64,000 nt of DNA from Octopus vulgaris (GCA_951406725.2 OX597818.1:39370001-39434000); one strand, 5' to 3'; counted from the stretch's first letter, positions 1-13,949 are shown. Numbers and translations are program-made. The notes: a model not told the origin generated them from the letters alone.

Positions 1-847
1 CAGCATTGAACTGCATGCTATTCTTTTCAGCCCACTTGTATATTTCGTCCAGCTCATATTGCAGGTGCCTAGTGTCTTCAGGGTTCTGTATTGCCTGTGA
101 AACTTTTGTATCATCTGCATAACTTGTGATCGTGGCTCTCCGCGTGGCTGAGGGCATGTCTGAGAGGGCCATTATGAACAGTAGTGGTCCCAAAACAGTG
201 CCCTGTGGAACACCGCTCACTATTTGCGTGCTAATGGAAGTGGCCCCATTGGCTACTACCACCTGACTTCTATTCTTCAGAAAGTCGTGAAGCCATTCTC
301 CTAGTTTTCCAACTATGCCAAGATCACGCAGTTTGTGACATATCATTCCATGATCGACTTTATCGAAGGCCTTTGCGAAGTCGAGATATATGACTTCCAC
401 ATTTGAGTGGTTGAGCAGTTGTTTCAGCACCCAGTCATAGTGCTGCAGGAGCTGAGTTAAGCAGCTTCTTCCTGGTCGGAAACCATGTTGGGTGTCAAGC
501 AGCAAGTCATTTTCTTCAAGGAAGGTGATTAGTTTCCTTCTGACTATTCGTTCCATGACCTTGCTGATGTGTGAGGTCAGAGAGATAGGTCTGTAGTTCT
601 TGGCCTCCGCTCTGCTACCTCCTTTATGAATAGGGCATATTTTACCTTCCTTCAGTTTTCTTGGAAGTTTGCCAGCTGCAAGGAAGCTCTGAAAGAGGAA
701 CTGCAGTGGTCTTGCTAAGACTCTCTTACATACTTTTAGGAGGATTGCCGGGAATCCATCGGGGCCAATAGCTGAGTCTATTTTCATTTCATCTATAGCC
801 TTTATTACATCGTCTTCCTTTATATCGATGTAATTTAACGTCGCCAT
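1..847 (-). mobile_element. CR1/L2-group LINE ORF2 reverse transcriptase, 5'-truncated, runs off the window edge
   Basis: Stop-free frame read by hand from 847 down: SAIGPDGFP...KNYRPISLTSHISKVMERIV...QHGFRPGRSC...IYLDFAKAFDKVDH...SGVPQGTVLGPLLF...SYADDTK...WAEKNSMQFN, the canonical non-LTR RT motifs with intact YADD. Confidence 0.93.
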
Positions 848-854
848 TTAACGT

Positions 855-1985
<1,131 letters not shown>

Positions 1986-2161
1986 TACACACACACACAC
2001 ACACACAAGGGATCAGCAAAAATTGCTTCACCACATACCAAAATTTAGAAATAGCAGTTAAAACTACTAATTCTTCAACAATATATCACAACTGACAGTA
2101 ATACTTGTAACTTACGTAAGCTAAAAGGAGAGAAAATAACAAAATCCACCAGGCTTAGTTA

Positions 2162-2220
2162 ATCATGTATGCGTTTCGGGATTAGAATGGTGTAAAATTC
2201 ATTCCCTTCTTCAGCGTGAT
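2162..2220 (-). ncRNA. Decayed minimal type-I hammerhead ribozyme motif (PLE pseudo-LTR type)
   Basis: Minus strand reads ATCACG-CTGAAGA-A-GGGA...TCCC-GAAA-CGCATA-CATGAT. Core and stem II are intact. Stem I and the ACGCGT palindrome each carry one CpG-type G>A change. Confidence 0.7.
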
Positions 2221-2509
2221 ATTCTAGATTATAAATCTGAAAATGCTAACAAACGCATGCACGCTCAATCAAGCGACATTGAACATAACATAAGAGGCAG
2301 CATTTCCGAATTTATATAGATGAGTAATGAGTAATTCCGTATCTGTCCTCAAGTTCAACCTTGTTACAACCTTGTTACAAGCAGTAACACAGAAAAACTG
2401 CAATTTACTAACAGGGAGTGAATTATCATTATAGATACAGGGTAAACAATTATTTAAGAATTATTAATAAATTAATGATTCTTTACCCTATATCATACAT
2501 ATATATATA

Positions 2510-2706
2510 TGTGGCCGATGCCAGACCCCTCTGGCACCTGTGCAGGTGGCACGTAAAAAATACCCACTACACTCGCGGAGTGGTTGGTGTTAGGAAGGGC
2601 ATCCAGCTGTAGAAACACTGCCAGACTAGACTGGAGCCTGGGGCAGTCCCAAGCTAGTCCAACCCGTGCTAGCGCGGAAAACGGACGTTAAATGATGATG
2701 ATGATG

Positions 2707-2711
<5 letters not shown>
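2510..2711 (+). mobile_element. RTE-associated 3'-end repeat with (ATG)n tail
   Basis: GTGGTTGGTGTTAGGAAGGGCATCCAGCTGTAGAAAC...GGACGTTAAATGATGATG; many copies in this window. Confidence 0.8.
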
Positions 2712-3393
<682 letters not shown>

Positions 3394-3423
3394 GATGATG
3401 ATATAAATATATATACATATATA

Positions 3424-4300
3424 AAGGGTGCGATGGGTAAATTACAACCATTTTATATTTTTAATTTTGTGCATGTGCATTGTTTTTAATTTTGTTGACT
3501 ACACATTATAGTAGGGGCAGTTGGGCACCATCTGTGAGAAAAACAGCACAATGACGCAATTTGCTCTGCCAGAAATTTGGAAGCAACATGCTTTACTGCT
3601 TGACATTTGTGCCGGAAGTTCCAATACAAACATTTCAGAGTGTCTGGGTGTCAATCTGAGGACAGTACAATCTGAGGACATATAACTAGTGATAAAAATC
3701 AAACATCCAGTCAACATCATGATGTTTGGAGTGATCATGTAATGGCAATGTTATGCCTCCATTCATCTTACCATACAACCTCAGACTCAACATGGAGGCC
3801 TACATCAAGTGCCTGGAGGAGGTAGTGCTGTCCTGAGTCAAGAAGGGGGCTGCTGGAAGACCCTGTGTCTGGCAGCAGGATTCTGCATCATGCCACACAA
3901 ACAGGAGAACCCAGTCATGGCTGTCAGACAATTTCTGCAACCACACCACCCCTAACATCTGCCACAAAACTCCCCACACTACAACCCCTTTGATTATTAT
4001 GTGTGGGGTGCAGTTTAGCGAGAGACCCACAAAACTCCTTTTTGTATCAAAGATGAACTTAAGGCAAGAATTATGGCTGCATTGACCAACTTAAACAAGG
4101 AGATCGTCTTAAGAGTTGCAGGAGATTCCAAAGTCACCTAGAAGCCATGGTTGAAGCCAATGGCAATTTTATTGAATAAATTTATTCTAATATTTCAAGA
4201 TATTTTAATGTAATTTTGGTAAATATATCTGTTAAAATGAAATGTCAGTGTTATTTTCATTTTTGTGTAATTTAGACAACAGTTTATTCACCACACCCTG
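3424..4300 (+). mobile_element. Tc1/mariner superfamily maT (DD37D) transposon relic with internal deletion
   Basis: Imperfect TIRs AGGGTGCGATGGGTAAATT / AGTTTATTCACCACACCCTG. Decayed transposase MTQFALPEIWK...VWQQDSASCH...P(Q)NSPHYNPFDYYVWG...EANGNFIE*, with 37 residues between the last two Asp after repairing a 1-nt deletion. Confidence 0.85.
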
Positions 4301-4368
<68 letters not shown>

Positions 4369-4794
4369 TATAGGTGTGTATATATATTGCTTGACAACTG
4401 GCATTGGTTTCTTTACATCCCAGTAACTTAGTGATTTAACAACAAGAAACCAATAGAAGAAGCACCAAGCCTAAGAAAAAAGTACAGGAGCCAATTTGCT
4501 CATCTAATCACTTGAAAGCAATTGCCCCAGCATGGCTGTAGTTGAATGACTAAAACAAGTAAAAGATAGAAGATAAAACAAAATCTTGTATTTAGACACA
4601 CTGTGTTTTTGGGTGTTAGTTTACCAAGAATTCAATGCAACATCAAAGTCAAGTTACAAACTATTCAGTCATTAACCAGATCATTTCCTAAGATAAAAAT
4701 ATGTACGTTTGTAAATGCAAATGTAAAGTATGTACATATATAAGATGTATGAACCTTTTGATATGCTTTTCATTTCATTTTTCTTTGTAACCAG

Positions 4795-4986
4795 GCAACA
4801 GATAAAGATTTTTATGATAACCATTATTTGAAGTACTCCTTTGAATCTAGTGATACAATGCCATTTCATCTAATGGGAAGGAACATTTTCAGTTCTGATG
4901 TCTACAAGGAAAATAGTACAACAAATTATTATTTTGATGTCAAAGTAGTTGACAGTGACCAAAAACCAGGGACAAACAAAGCTGTG
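4795..4986 (+). CDS. Cad99C: Cad99C/protocadherin-15-like cadherin, internal exon (last cadherin repeat)
   Basis: ccag|...|gtaagt; ATDKDFYDNHYLKYSF...YYFDVKVVDSDQKPGTNKAV with cadherin AxDxD and VxVxD motifs; phase 0-0; upstream exons lie outside the window. Confidence 0.85.
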
Positions 4987-5114
4987 GTAAGTACATATCA
5001 AGTTCATCCACTTATTAGATAGTAGGTTTCAGACTAAATGACCGCAGGTGATTCATCAACTGGCAAGAAATAACTGCCAAATCTCCTTCAAATCAAGGAA
5101 TAGATACATTGGAT

Positions 5115-5776
5115 TCATCATCATCATCATCATCATCATCATCGTTTAACGTCTGCTTTCCATGCTAGCATGGGTTGGACGGTTTGACTGAGGTGTGGCG
5201 AACCAGATGGCTGCACCAGGCTCCAATCTGATCTGGCAGAGTTTCTACAGCTGGATACCCTTCCTAATGCCAACTACTCCAAGAGTCTAGTGGGTGCTTT
5301 TACGTCCCACTGGCATGAGGGTCAGTCAGGCGGTATTGGCAACGACCACGCTCAAGTGGTGCTTTTTATGTGCCACCTGCACAGGAGCCAGTCCAGCAGC
5401 ACTGGCAACGACCTTGCTTGAATGTTTTTTTCACGTGCCACCAGCACAAGTGCCAGTAAGGCAGTGTCCATTCTCCATGCTAGCATGGGTTGGACGATTT
5501 GACTGAGGTCTGGCGAACCAGATGGCTGCACCAGACTCCAATCTGATTTTACAGAGTTTCTACAGCTGGATGCCTTTTCTAATGCCAACCACTCCAAGAG
5601 TCTAGTGGGTGCTTTTACATGCCACCGGCATGAGGGTCAGTCAGGCGGTACTGCCAACAACCACGCTCATGTGGTGCTTTTTATGTGCCACCTGCACAGG
5701 AGCCAGTCCAGCGGCACTGGCAATGACCTTGCTTGAGTGTTCTTCCGTGTGCCACCAGCACAAGTGCCAGTAAGGC
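5115..5776 (-). mobile_element. Two tandem copies of the RTE-associated (ATG)n-tailed repeat
   Basis: (CAT)n at 5115, then two near-identical ~315 bp units (starting near 5158 and 5473). Confidence 0.8.
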
Positions 5777-6068
5777 TTAGTGGCTAGGGTATCTGGTTCA
5801 CAGTCATAAGGTCATGAGTTTGATTCCTGTCAGTACAATGCGTCCTTGAGCAAGACACTTTATTTCACATTACTCCAATCCATTCAGATGGCAAAAATGA
5901 ATTATGCCTTGTCACATTCACCATCACATTGACTCTCCCTGAAAACTATATGCTAGGGCATGCTTGTCAGTGAAGTACTCAGCCACTTGCATGTTAATTT
6001 CACAAGCATGCTGTTCCATTGATTGGATCAACTGGAACACTCATTGTTGTAACTGATGGAGTGCCAGT
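5775..6068 (+). mobile_element. tRNA-derived SINE (TTGAGCAAGACACTTTATTTCAC family), degenerate
   Basis: A/B-box-like head and the central motif shared with 10930, 12703, 27040 and 28160. Confidence 0.65.
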
Positions 6069-6239
6069 TGATAAAGTACCAGTTGCGCATTGGGGTAAAT
6101 GCAGTCAACTTGCCCCTCCCACCCAAATTTCAGGCCTTGCACTTATAATAAAAAGAATTACTTATAGCTTCATCAGTTCAATCGTTATAATGATTTATTT
6201 CATATCTCTCAAAGTTTCTAGATTAAAATTAATGTTATT

Positions 6240-6737
6240 TTCATCATCATCATCATCATTATCATCATCATCATCATCCAGTGTTTTAAATCTGAGTTTT
6301 GTCCCCATTAACGGGGGTGGCTGAATCTACCTCAATGCAATAGCAACTGCCCTTTCACCATCTCGCCTGGTTTTGGATGTCCTCCTTTTTAAAACCAACC
6401 CTCCCAATCTCATCCTCTACCTTTTCCTCAGTCTACCTCGCTTCCACACTCCATTTGCCTCAAATGAAATCACTCTCCTCAGAACATGCTCTTCATCCCT
6501 CCTCAACACATGCCCATACCACCTCACTCAATTCACCCTTGCCAACCATTCCACCAGTTCCTCCAACCCCAGCATTCCCATCAGATCCTCAGTCCTCTGC
6601 TTATCAAACACTTCACCCCATACATCTCTCTCACCATTGCTCTCTCAGTCCTTCTCAAAATTACCATCTCTCTCTCTCCCTCAGACACCATGTCTCATTC
6701 CCATACCACATTGCCGCTCTCACACAACTCTTCTTTA
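6240..6737 (-). mobile_element. RTE-clade LINE ORF2 3' fragment with (ATG)n tail
   Basis: SCVRAAMWYGNETWCL...LRRTERAMVR...RWYGHVLRRDEEHVLRR...KRGR, typical RTE thumb and C-terminus. Confidence 0.8.
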
Positions 6738-6777
6738 AATCAATTTCTCATTTATTTTTTAAATATTCCTCTCACAG

Positions 6778-6866
6778 ATTAACATTGTGTTTAATTATAA
6801 CCGGATGTCACTTAAGTATGATGCCAAACCTTCGGAATTAGGTAAAATGGAGCAAAGAGTAAGACA
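6778..6866 (+). CDS. Cad99C: Cad99C-like exon (start of membrane-adjacent domain)
   Basis: ctcacag|...|gtaagt; INIVFNYNRMSLKYDAKPSELGKMEQRVR(Q); phase 0-2 fits both neighbours. Confidence 0.8.
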
Positions 6867-7168
6867 GTAAGTAGCAAAATAATTATTATAATTATCTTCT
6901 AATTATAATTTCTTTTTTTTTTTTGCAAATTATAAATTTAACTTTTTTTTGTCTCCCAAGGATGTTTCAAAATCTTGCTTAAGTAATAGAACTAATTAAA
7001 TTTCACCAAAAATTGCTACTAAAATAATGCATTCGTAAACCATTTATGTTTATGATTATTTTGAAACATTGCCTGTATGCATGTGTACATACACATACAA
7101 ATAAATTCATATATGCACACACAAGTACATACATACATACATACATACATTCATACATACATACATAC

Positions 7169-7199
<31 letters not shown>

Positions 7200-7201
<2 letters not shown>

Positions 7202-7596
7202 AGCAGTATCGCCCGGCGTTGCTCGGATTTGTAAGGGAAATAACTATATAAGCATTTTTAGAGAAGTAAAGTATAATAGCCATTTCAATATGGCTAACCA
7301 CAAAGGTGGGGGGGTGTTACTGTAGCTTTTTACGTTCTGAGATTTAATAATAAATTTTTTGAGAGTTACTTCCCTTATATATACCAAAAATGCATTAAAA
7401 ATGGGAAAAATTGATGGTAATTTTTTTTTTTTAATCGTAGACTCATCGTAGACGCGCGCTAATACCCAGAAGGGCTCGATATGAATCACGACTATAAGAT
7501 ACCCAGTTTTGGTTAAACTGCACCGCAAAATGTGGGAGTAGTTAGGAATCTAAATCGTAGGAGACAGACAGCACACAACCTCACTTTTATATATAA

Positions 7597-7599
<3 letters not shown>
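7200..7599 (-). mobile_element. Non-autonomous Helitron
   Basis: Minus strand starts A|TCTTTATATATAAAAG and ends CCGAGCAACGCCGGG-CGATACTG-CTAG|T: 5'-TC, subterminal hairpin, CTAG-3', AT target. Confidence 0.8.
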
Positions 7600-7631
<32 letters not shown>

Positions 7632-7941
7632 TCAGTAAATGGTGGGGTTGTGTTAAGAGTAAGAGTAAAGAGTATATGAATGTGTGTGTGTCTTTGTGTT
7701 TCTATTTGTCTCTCCACCATTGCTTGACAACCAGTGTTGGTGTGTTTACATCCCCCGATAGAACAAGTACTAAGTTTTAAAAAAGCCTGGGGATCAACAA
7801 AAAAAAAGAGTAAAAGAATCATAATCAATTATATAATTCTCATAACTATAAAATGGGTTGCATTGGATTTCTGTTACGTAGGGATGAGTTAAGTCCCTTC
7901 GTTGAGAAATGCTTTTTGGCTTGCATTCTGTTTTAACAACA

Positions 7942-8333
7942 CTAGCAGTATCGCCCGGCGTTGCTCGGGTTTGCTTCGACCCTTTAGAATTGGAATTTTT
8001 GAAAAGTAAAAATTTGGCATTATGTAGCTTGTTATTCTCTTTAAGTGAACATTTTTCTGGTTGAAATACACCGAAAAATGGCGACACAGCCGTCAAAAAA
8101 TCGTAAAAAATAGGGATTTTCATAGAAAAAAAGCACCTTTTTGATGTAAATAATTTTTGGTGTTAACATGGTCCGATTTGAATTTTTTCTTCTACGGAAG
8201 GAAGAGCAAGCCTTCTTCTATCATACTCTCGATTTTGGTCAACTTGCACCGCAGGGTCTCGGAGGAGATAGTGTTAGTTGAAGGCTACCAAACCTGCCAT
8301 ACACAGACAACTTCAGCTTTATATATATTGAGA
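7942..8333 (-). mobile_element. Non-autonomous Helitron (second family)
   Basis: Same TC...CCCGAGCAACGCCGGG...CTAG ends with a different body; close copy at 18562-18933. Confidence 0.82.
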
Positions 8334-8344
8334 TTGATATATAT

Positions 8345-8421
8345 TGTGTATGTGTGTGTGTATGTATGTATGTATGTATGTATGTATGTATGTATGTATG
8401 TATGTATGTATGTATGTATGT
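8345..8421. repeat. (TATG)n microsatellite
   Basis: Seen directly; a similar tract lies at 9115-9230. Confidence 0.9.
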
Positions 8422-9173
8422 GGTATATATAAGGCACAAAAAGAAAATGACTCTCCCCAGACACAACAGTATATATATGTGTGTGTGTGTGTGCATGTCT
8501 ATTTGTTCATTATTTCTTTTTGTCTTTCATCTTTTAAATTTCTTGCCAATGGAGAAAAAGCTGGTTTCTAACCCAGAAACACAGCTCTTCTACTGGAATT
8601 TAGACAACATCAGTGGGGTATGTATGCATAGATGTCTATATGCATTTAAGCATGTACATATATATGTGTAAGCATGGACGTTATTGCATGTGTGGCTGTG
8701 TGTATTTTAACTTATATATAGGTATACTGACATATACTTGCATGTCTACACGTGTTGAAATGCCCTTTTTATGCACTAAATATATTTTCACAGTGCCTTC
8801 AATGACTTATAGTTGTACTTTTCAGGTTAGTTACATTTTCTCTGATGTTATGAGGACCAAATTCTCAAGAATGGTGCAGGGGTAATTACTTATATATCCA
8901 AAGGACCTAGCAATATGGTTTCAGGTTCAGTGCCACTGCGTGGCACCTTGTGCAACTGTCTTCTGCTATATTCTCAGGCCAACTAAAGCCTTGTGATTGA
9001 ATTTGGTAGGCAGAAGTTACTGTCGTGTGTGTACATGTGTCTATAAGTGCTTGTGCCTCCTAACAGAGAGGGAATCTGTACTCTGGAGTAACAGCAGATT
9101 TCTCATGTTAACTTGTATGTATGTAAGTATGTATGTATGTATGTATGTATGTATGTATGTATGTATGTATGTA

Positions 9174-9213
<40 letters not shown>

Positions 9214-9304
9214 GGTAGGTAGGTAAGTAGATAGATGTGTTCGTATGTATGTGTATATGTGTGTGTGTATCAGTGTATGCTTATACATGTATGTGGGTAT
9301 ATAA

Positions 9305-9523
9305 TAATTTCTGATTTAGGCACAATGCCATCAGTTTGAAGGTTGGGAGTTTAGTTGATACTATTGACCCTAGTACTTAACTGGTGCTCTATTTTTATTG
9401 ACCCTGAAGGGATGAAAGGTAAAGTTGACCATGGTAGGATTTGAACTCAGAACATATAAAACTAGAAGAAATACCTCTCAGCATTTTTGCCAACAAACTA
9501 ACAATTCTGCTAGCTTGACTCCC
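9305..9523 (-). mobile_element. tRNA-derived SINE (GTCGACTTTGCCTTTCATCC family), degenerate
   Basis: GGATGAAAGGTAAAGTTGACC...ATTTGAACTCAGAAC matches the reverse complement of 31188-31414. Confidence 0.65.
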
Positions 9524-9563
<40 letters not shown>

Positions 9564-9641
9564 TAATAATGATAATAATGATAATAATAATAATAATAAT
9601 AAGATTATATAGGACTGAGGTAACCCCTCCAGAAGTTATTA

Positions 9642-9696
<55 letters not shown>

Positions 9697-9699
<3 letters not shown>

Positions 9700-9911
9700 A
9701 GGACCTTTCGAGCAGCTACTCGAAAAAAATTCTAACTGGCCCCCACCTACAAGGTCTCATGTGCTGTTTATCTTGATATGAGATCCCCATGTCATGGTTG
9801 TGATGTATGTGCCTGGTGTTCCCTTATCAGCTGGGTAGTCATGATGGATATACTTGGCTTTATATATTTTATTGTAGTGTCACTTGGATGGCATGCACTG
9901 CTCTCTCACTC

Positions 9912-9942
<31 letters not shown>

Positions 9943-9960
9943 GTAATAATAATAATAATG
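9697..9960 (+). mobile_element. (AAT)n-tailed retroelement 3' fragment
   Basis: Homologous to 21880-22130; ends CATGCACTGCTCTCTCACTC(AAT)n. Confidence 0.7.
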
Positions 9961-10324
9961 AGCTTATTGCATATAATAATCAAGTGTACTACAACTTGGT
10001 GGAAAAGAATGCAGGATGAGATAAAAAGGGGCAATAAGTCAACTGAAAAACAAAAGACAGTAATCATATCCTAAAGTGCATACATAATACACAGGATAAA
10101 ATGCTATAAAACAGAAAAGTGAATAGTAAAAGTGCCATGAAGGGGACTGGGTGCAAAAGCACATCAAGAGTAGAGTTGGTGAATTTTGGGGAGCATTGAA
10201 TTCTGAGTGTGAAGAAATTGCTTCTGAAAATCATAAGCATTGTGCTATTTTTCCAATTTTATAAGTATATCCACAGCTGGAAGAGATTTTATAAGTATAA
10301 ATTATATATAAGTATATAAGAGAT

Positions 10325-10718
10325 TTTGTGCTTGAGGAGATCCATTGAGTCAAGTACACCAACATCAAAATCAATGGAAACTGCAGTTGTAATCCCTGTG
10401 CCGGTGACACGTAAAAAGCACCATCTGAACGTGGCCGATGCCAGCGCCGCCTAGACTGGCTTCCGTGCCAGTGGCACATAAAATGCACCAATCCAATCAT
10501 GGCCATTGCCAGCCTCGCCTGGCACCTGTGCCGGTGGCACGTAAAAAGCACCCACTACACTCACGGAATGGTTGGTGTTAGGAAGGGCATCCAGCTGTAG
10601 TAACACTGCCAGATCAGACTGGAGCCTGGTGCAGCCTTCTGGCTTCCCAGATCCCCGGTCGAACCGTCCAACCCATGCTAGCATGGAGAACGGACGTTAA
10701 ACGATGATGATGATGATA
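10325..10718 (+). mobile_element. RTE-associated (ATG)n-tailed repeat
   Basis: Internal GTGCCGGTGGCACGTAAAAAGCAC subrepeats and the conserved 3' end; a shorter copy lies at 11325-11526. Confidence 0.8.
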
Positions 10719-12158
10719 ATCCACAGATGGAAGAGATATGGATGTGTGTATGTGTATTCTCTTTTATTTTTGATTATTTAATTATTTGCAATCTTCTTGT
10801 TAGGAAGGAGTTGGTTTCTAACAAAGATACAAAGCTACACCACTGGAATCTAGATAACAAAAACAAGGTCACAATTTTTAACTTGAGAAAAGTCTTGTGT
10901 ATTTTTACTGTTCCATTTACAGATTATGTGAAGGTGTGTGGCTTAGTGGTTAAGGTATTTGACTCACAATCATAAGGACATGAGTTCAATTCCAGGTGAT
11001 GTGTTGTGTTCTTGAGCAAGACACTTTTTCATGTTGCTCTAGTCCACTCAATTGGCAAAAATGAGTTGTATGTACCTGTAATTCAAAAGGCCAGCCTTTT
11101 CACATACTGTATCACATTGAATCTCCCTGAGAAATACATTAAGGGTATGTGTGTCTGTGGTGTACTCAGCCACTTGCATGTTAATTTCATGAGCAGGATG
11201 TTCTGTTGATTGGATAAACTGGAACTCTTGTTGTCATAACCAATGGCGTGCCAGTTGATAGATTATATTTGTAATGTGTATGTTAGCTGGTTGATTTCTT
11301 TTTCTAAAAACCATAGCTTTTCCAACACCTGACTGGCTCTCATGCCGGTGGCACGTAAAAAGCACCCACTACACTCTTGGAGTGGTTGGTGTTAGGAAGG
11401 GCCTCCAGCTGTAGAAACTCTGCCAGGTCAGATTGGAGCCTGGTGCAGCCATCTGGTTTGCAAGTCCTCAGTCAAATTGTCCAACCCATGCTAGCATGAA
11501 AAGCGGACATTAAACGATGATGATGATATTTACTAACAAAACCAAGTGCACTAATTATTATAATAAACCCTACGTTGATAAAACCAAAACAGCTCAATAC
11601 AACTTTACTTAGTTTTACCACTATATTTTCTTTGCTACTATGATCTTCTGATAGCAGTGGACAGTTATTCATTTTATATATTCTTCATCCAACACAATGC
11701 ATGACTACAGCTATTTGTTAATTTCTTGCTTTTGTTAAACTAAAATTATTGATTTAAAAGCTTTTCATCCATGCTTACTTCCATGACTTGTGAAATGTCA
11801 TTTACTGTTCATCTTGGAAATCATCAGAACTTAAAATGTTATTTTAGCAATGGTATACACAGATTATATTACACATAACATATGATTTTGTTTCACATTT
11901 TGTGTGTGCAAGCATATATAAATGTACACATATTTATATTTTGTGTGCATGTTTTCACAGCAATTACAAACTGGATGTGCTTGCTTGCCTCCAGAAATAG
12001 AGAGCAGCTGCCATGTTCTGTTCCATTATTGCCATCTCTGAAGAGCATAGGGTTACATCATCAAACTGTTACCTAACACTCTGTTGAACCCTTAGTGCAA
12101 AACCAATTGTTAAGATCAGCTGTAATGGATATATATAATACTGTACACTTCGATTAAT

Positions 12159-12207
<49 letters not shown>

Positions 12208-12389
12208 TGTATTTCAAAGATCCAGCCTTGTCACATTCTGTGTCACACAGAATCTCCCTGAGAACTACATTGAGGGTGCACATGTCTGTGGAGTACTCAG
12301 CCACTTGCACATTAATTTCATGAGCAGGCTGTTCCATTGACCAGATCAACTGTAGATATATATATATACATACACATATATACACGCAA

Positions 12390-12686
12390 GTATGTGCAAG
12401 TATGAAGGCACGCTGACAAAATCCCACTCCTATAAATGAAAACTTAACCTGTCATTGTGGTTTTGTGGCTCAGAGCAAAGCAGGCCTCACTGTCCACTCA
12501 AGGAAACATGCAGTAAATGACCCACAAGCACACGAGCAAACCGAATTCTTAACTTGTTTCATTTTCCAAAAGGTTTGCAAGGCACCAGTTAGCCTCAAGA
12601 GACACATGCATATCCATAGAACATAATTACAGCTTTATTTTACTGAACCCTCATTTGTTGTTCATGACAAGAGAATTTATCATCAT
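12390..12686 (+). mobile_element. RTE/BovB-like LINE C-terminus with two C2H2-like zinc fingers
   Basis: 12450-12626 reads CHCGFVAQSKAGLTVHSRKH...CFIFQKVCKAPVSLKRHMHIHRT*; in-frame stop upstream, short 3'UTR, then ATCATC(AT)n. Confidence 0.6.
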
Positions 12687-12702
12687 ATATATATATATAT
12701 AT

Positions 12703-13019
12703 AGTTCAGTGGTTAGAGCATCAAGCTTACAATCATGAGGTTGTGAGTTCGATCCCCGGACCAGGCTGCGTGTTGTCTTCTTGAGCAAGACACTTTATTT
12801 CACGTTGCTCCAGTTAACTCAGCTGTAGAAATGAGTTGGAATATCACTGGTGCCAAGCTGTATCAGCCTTTGCCTTTCCCTTGGATAACATCAGTGGTGA
12901 GAGGGGAGGCTGGTATGCATGGGCGACTGCTAACCTTTCACAAACAACCTTGCCAGGACTTGTACCTCGGAGGATAACTTTCTAGGTGCAATCCCATGGT
13001 CATTCATGACTGAAGGGGT

Positions 13020-13020
<1 letters not shown>
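12703..13020 (+). mobile_element. tRNA-derived SINE
   Basis: TCAGTGGTTAGAGC (A box), GAGTTCGATCCC (B box), TTGAGCAAGACACTTTATTTCAC; matching copy at 27040-27350. Confidence 0.8.
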
Positions 13021-13103
<83 letters not shown>

Positions 13104-13871
13104 CTACTTCAGCCAGAATATCCCTCTGGTATTTCCTCCTTGTCCATGTTTTTTCTACAGTCTGCAACACTTCAGGCAGAAAATTAAGCATATTGTTTTT
13201 ATTGCCCTTAGAGTGTATGCAAAGTTTATGGCAGCAGTGATTCCTCCATACCAGACCATTAAAAAAATATCCATTGATTATCTGTCAGCATAGCTGTCTC
13301 TGAGTTATAATTTTAATATATTATTGGCAATTATTTTAATGACAGCTTTCTCATTAATAAGCGGAGTGGCTGTTAGTTCAGTAGCTGCAGACTCAACTCA
13401 TGTGGATTCTCTATATGGTGTTTCAGAAAAAAAATAATAATAAATAAATAAAAGCAAGGTAATCATGACTGGAATGCCTTTGAGCATAGATTTACTAAGC
13501 CAGGTCTGACCTAGATCTAAATAATTCTGTTTTCATCTGTTTGTCAACTGTTTGTCATCTGTTTGTCAACTGGTTGATTAAATGAAAGAATATCTAACTT
13601 TATAAAACATTTGCTCTGACAATTTTTATACAAGTATTTCAATTTCCTTTACCTCTGAACAAAAGTAGCATTAAAAAGTGACTGAGAAGCCATTAATAGA
13701 TACGGAGTTCTGTTTTCAAATGTCCACTTTGGTAGGACTTTATTTTTCCTTTTTTTTTTTTAATGATATACCATTTCTGAAAAATCTCTTATAAATTTTA
13801 CTTTTTTCTGGTGATTTAAAAGGTAAATTAAATTAATATTTCTTTATAAACAATTATTTCTCTTCCTTTAG

Positions 13872-13949
13872 GATTTTATCAGAACAGGTCAACAATATTG
13901 TTCTGTTTGAAAATATCCAGTTAGCTTATGATGAAGATGGTAATGTCAT
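13872..13949 (+). CDS. Cad99C: Cad99C-like exon
   Basis: ctttag|...|gtaagt; (Q)ILSEQVNNIVLFENIQLAYDEDGNV(I); phase 2-2. Confidence 0.8.

Noticed and set aside
8826-8881. Possible phase 0-2 cadherin exon (VSYIFSDVMRTKFSRMVQG)
   Set aside because: Exon 6778-6866 has the same phases, a stronger donor and a better-fitting sequence; both cannot be included in frame; no evidence for mutually exclusive use
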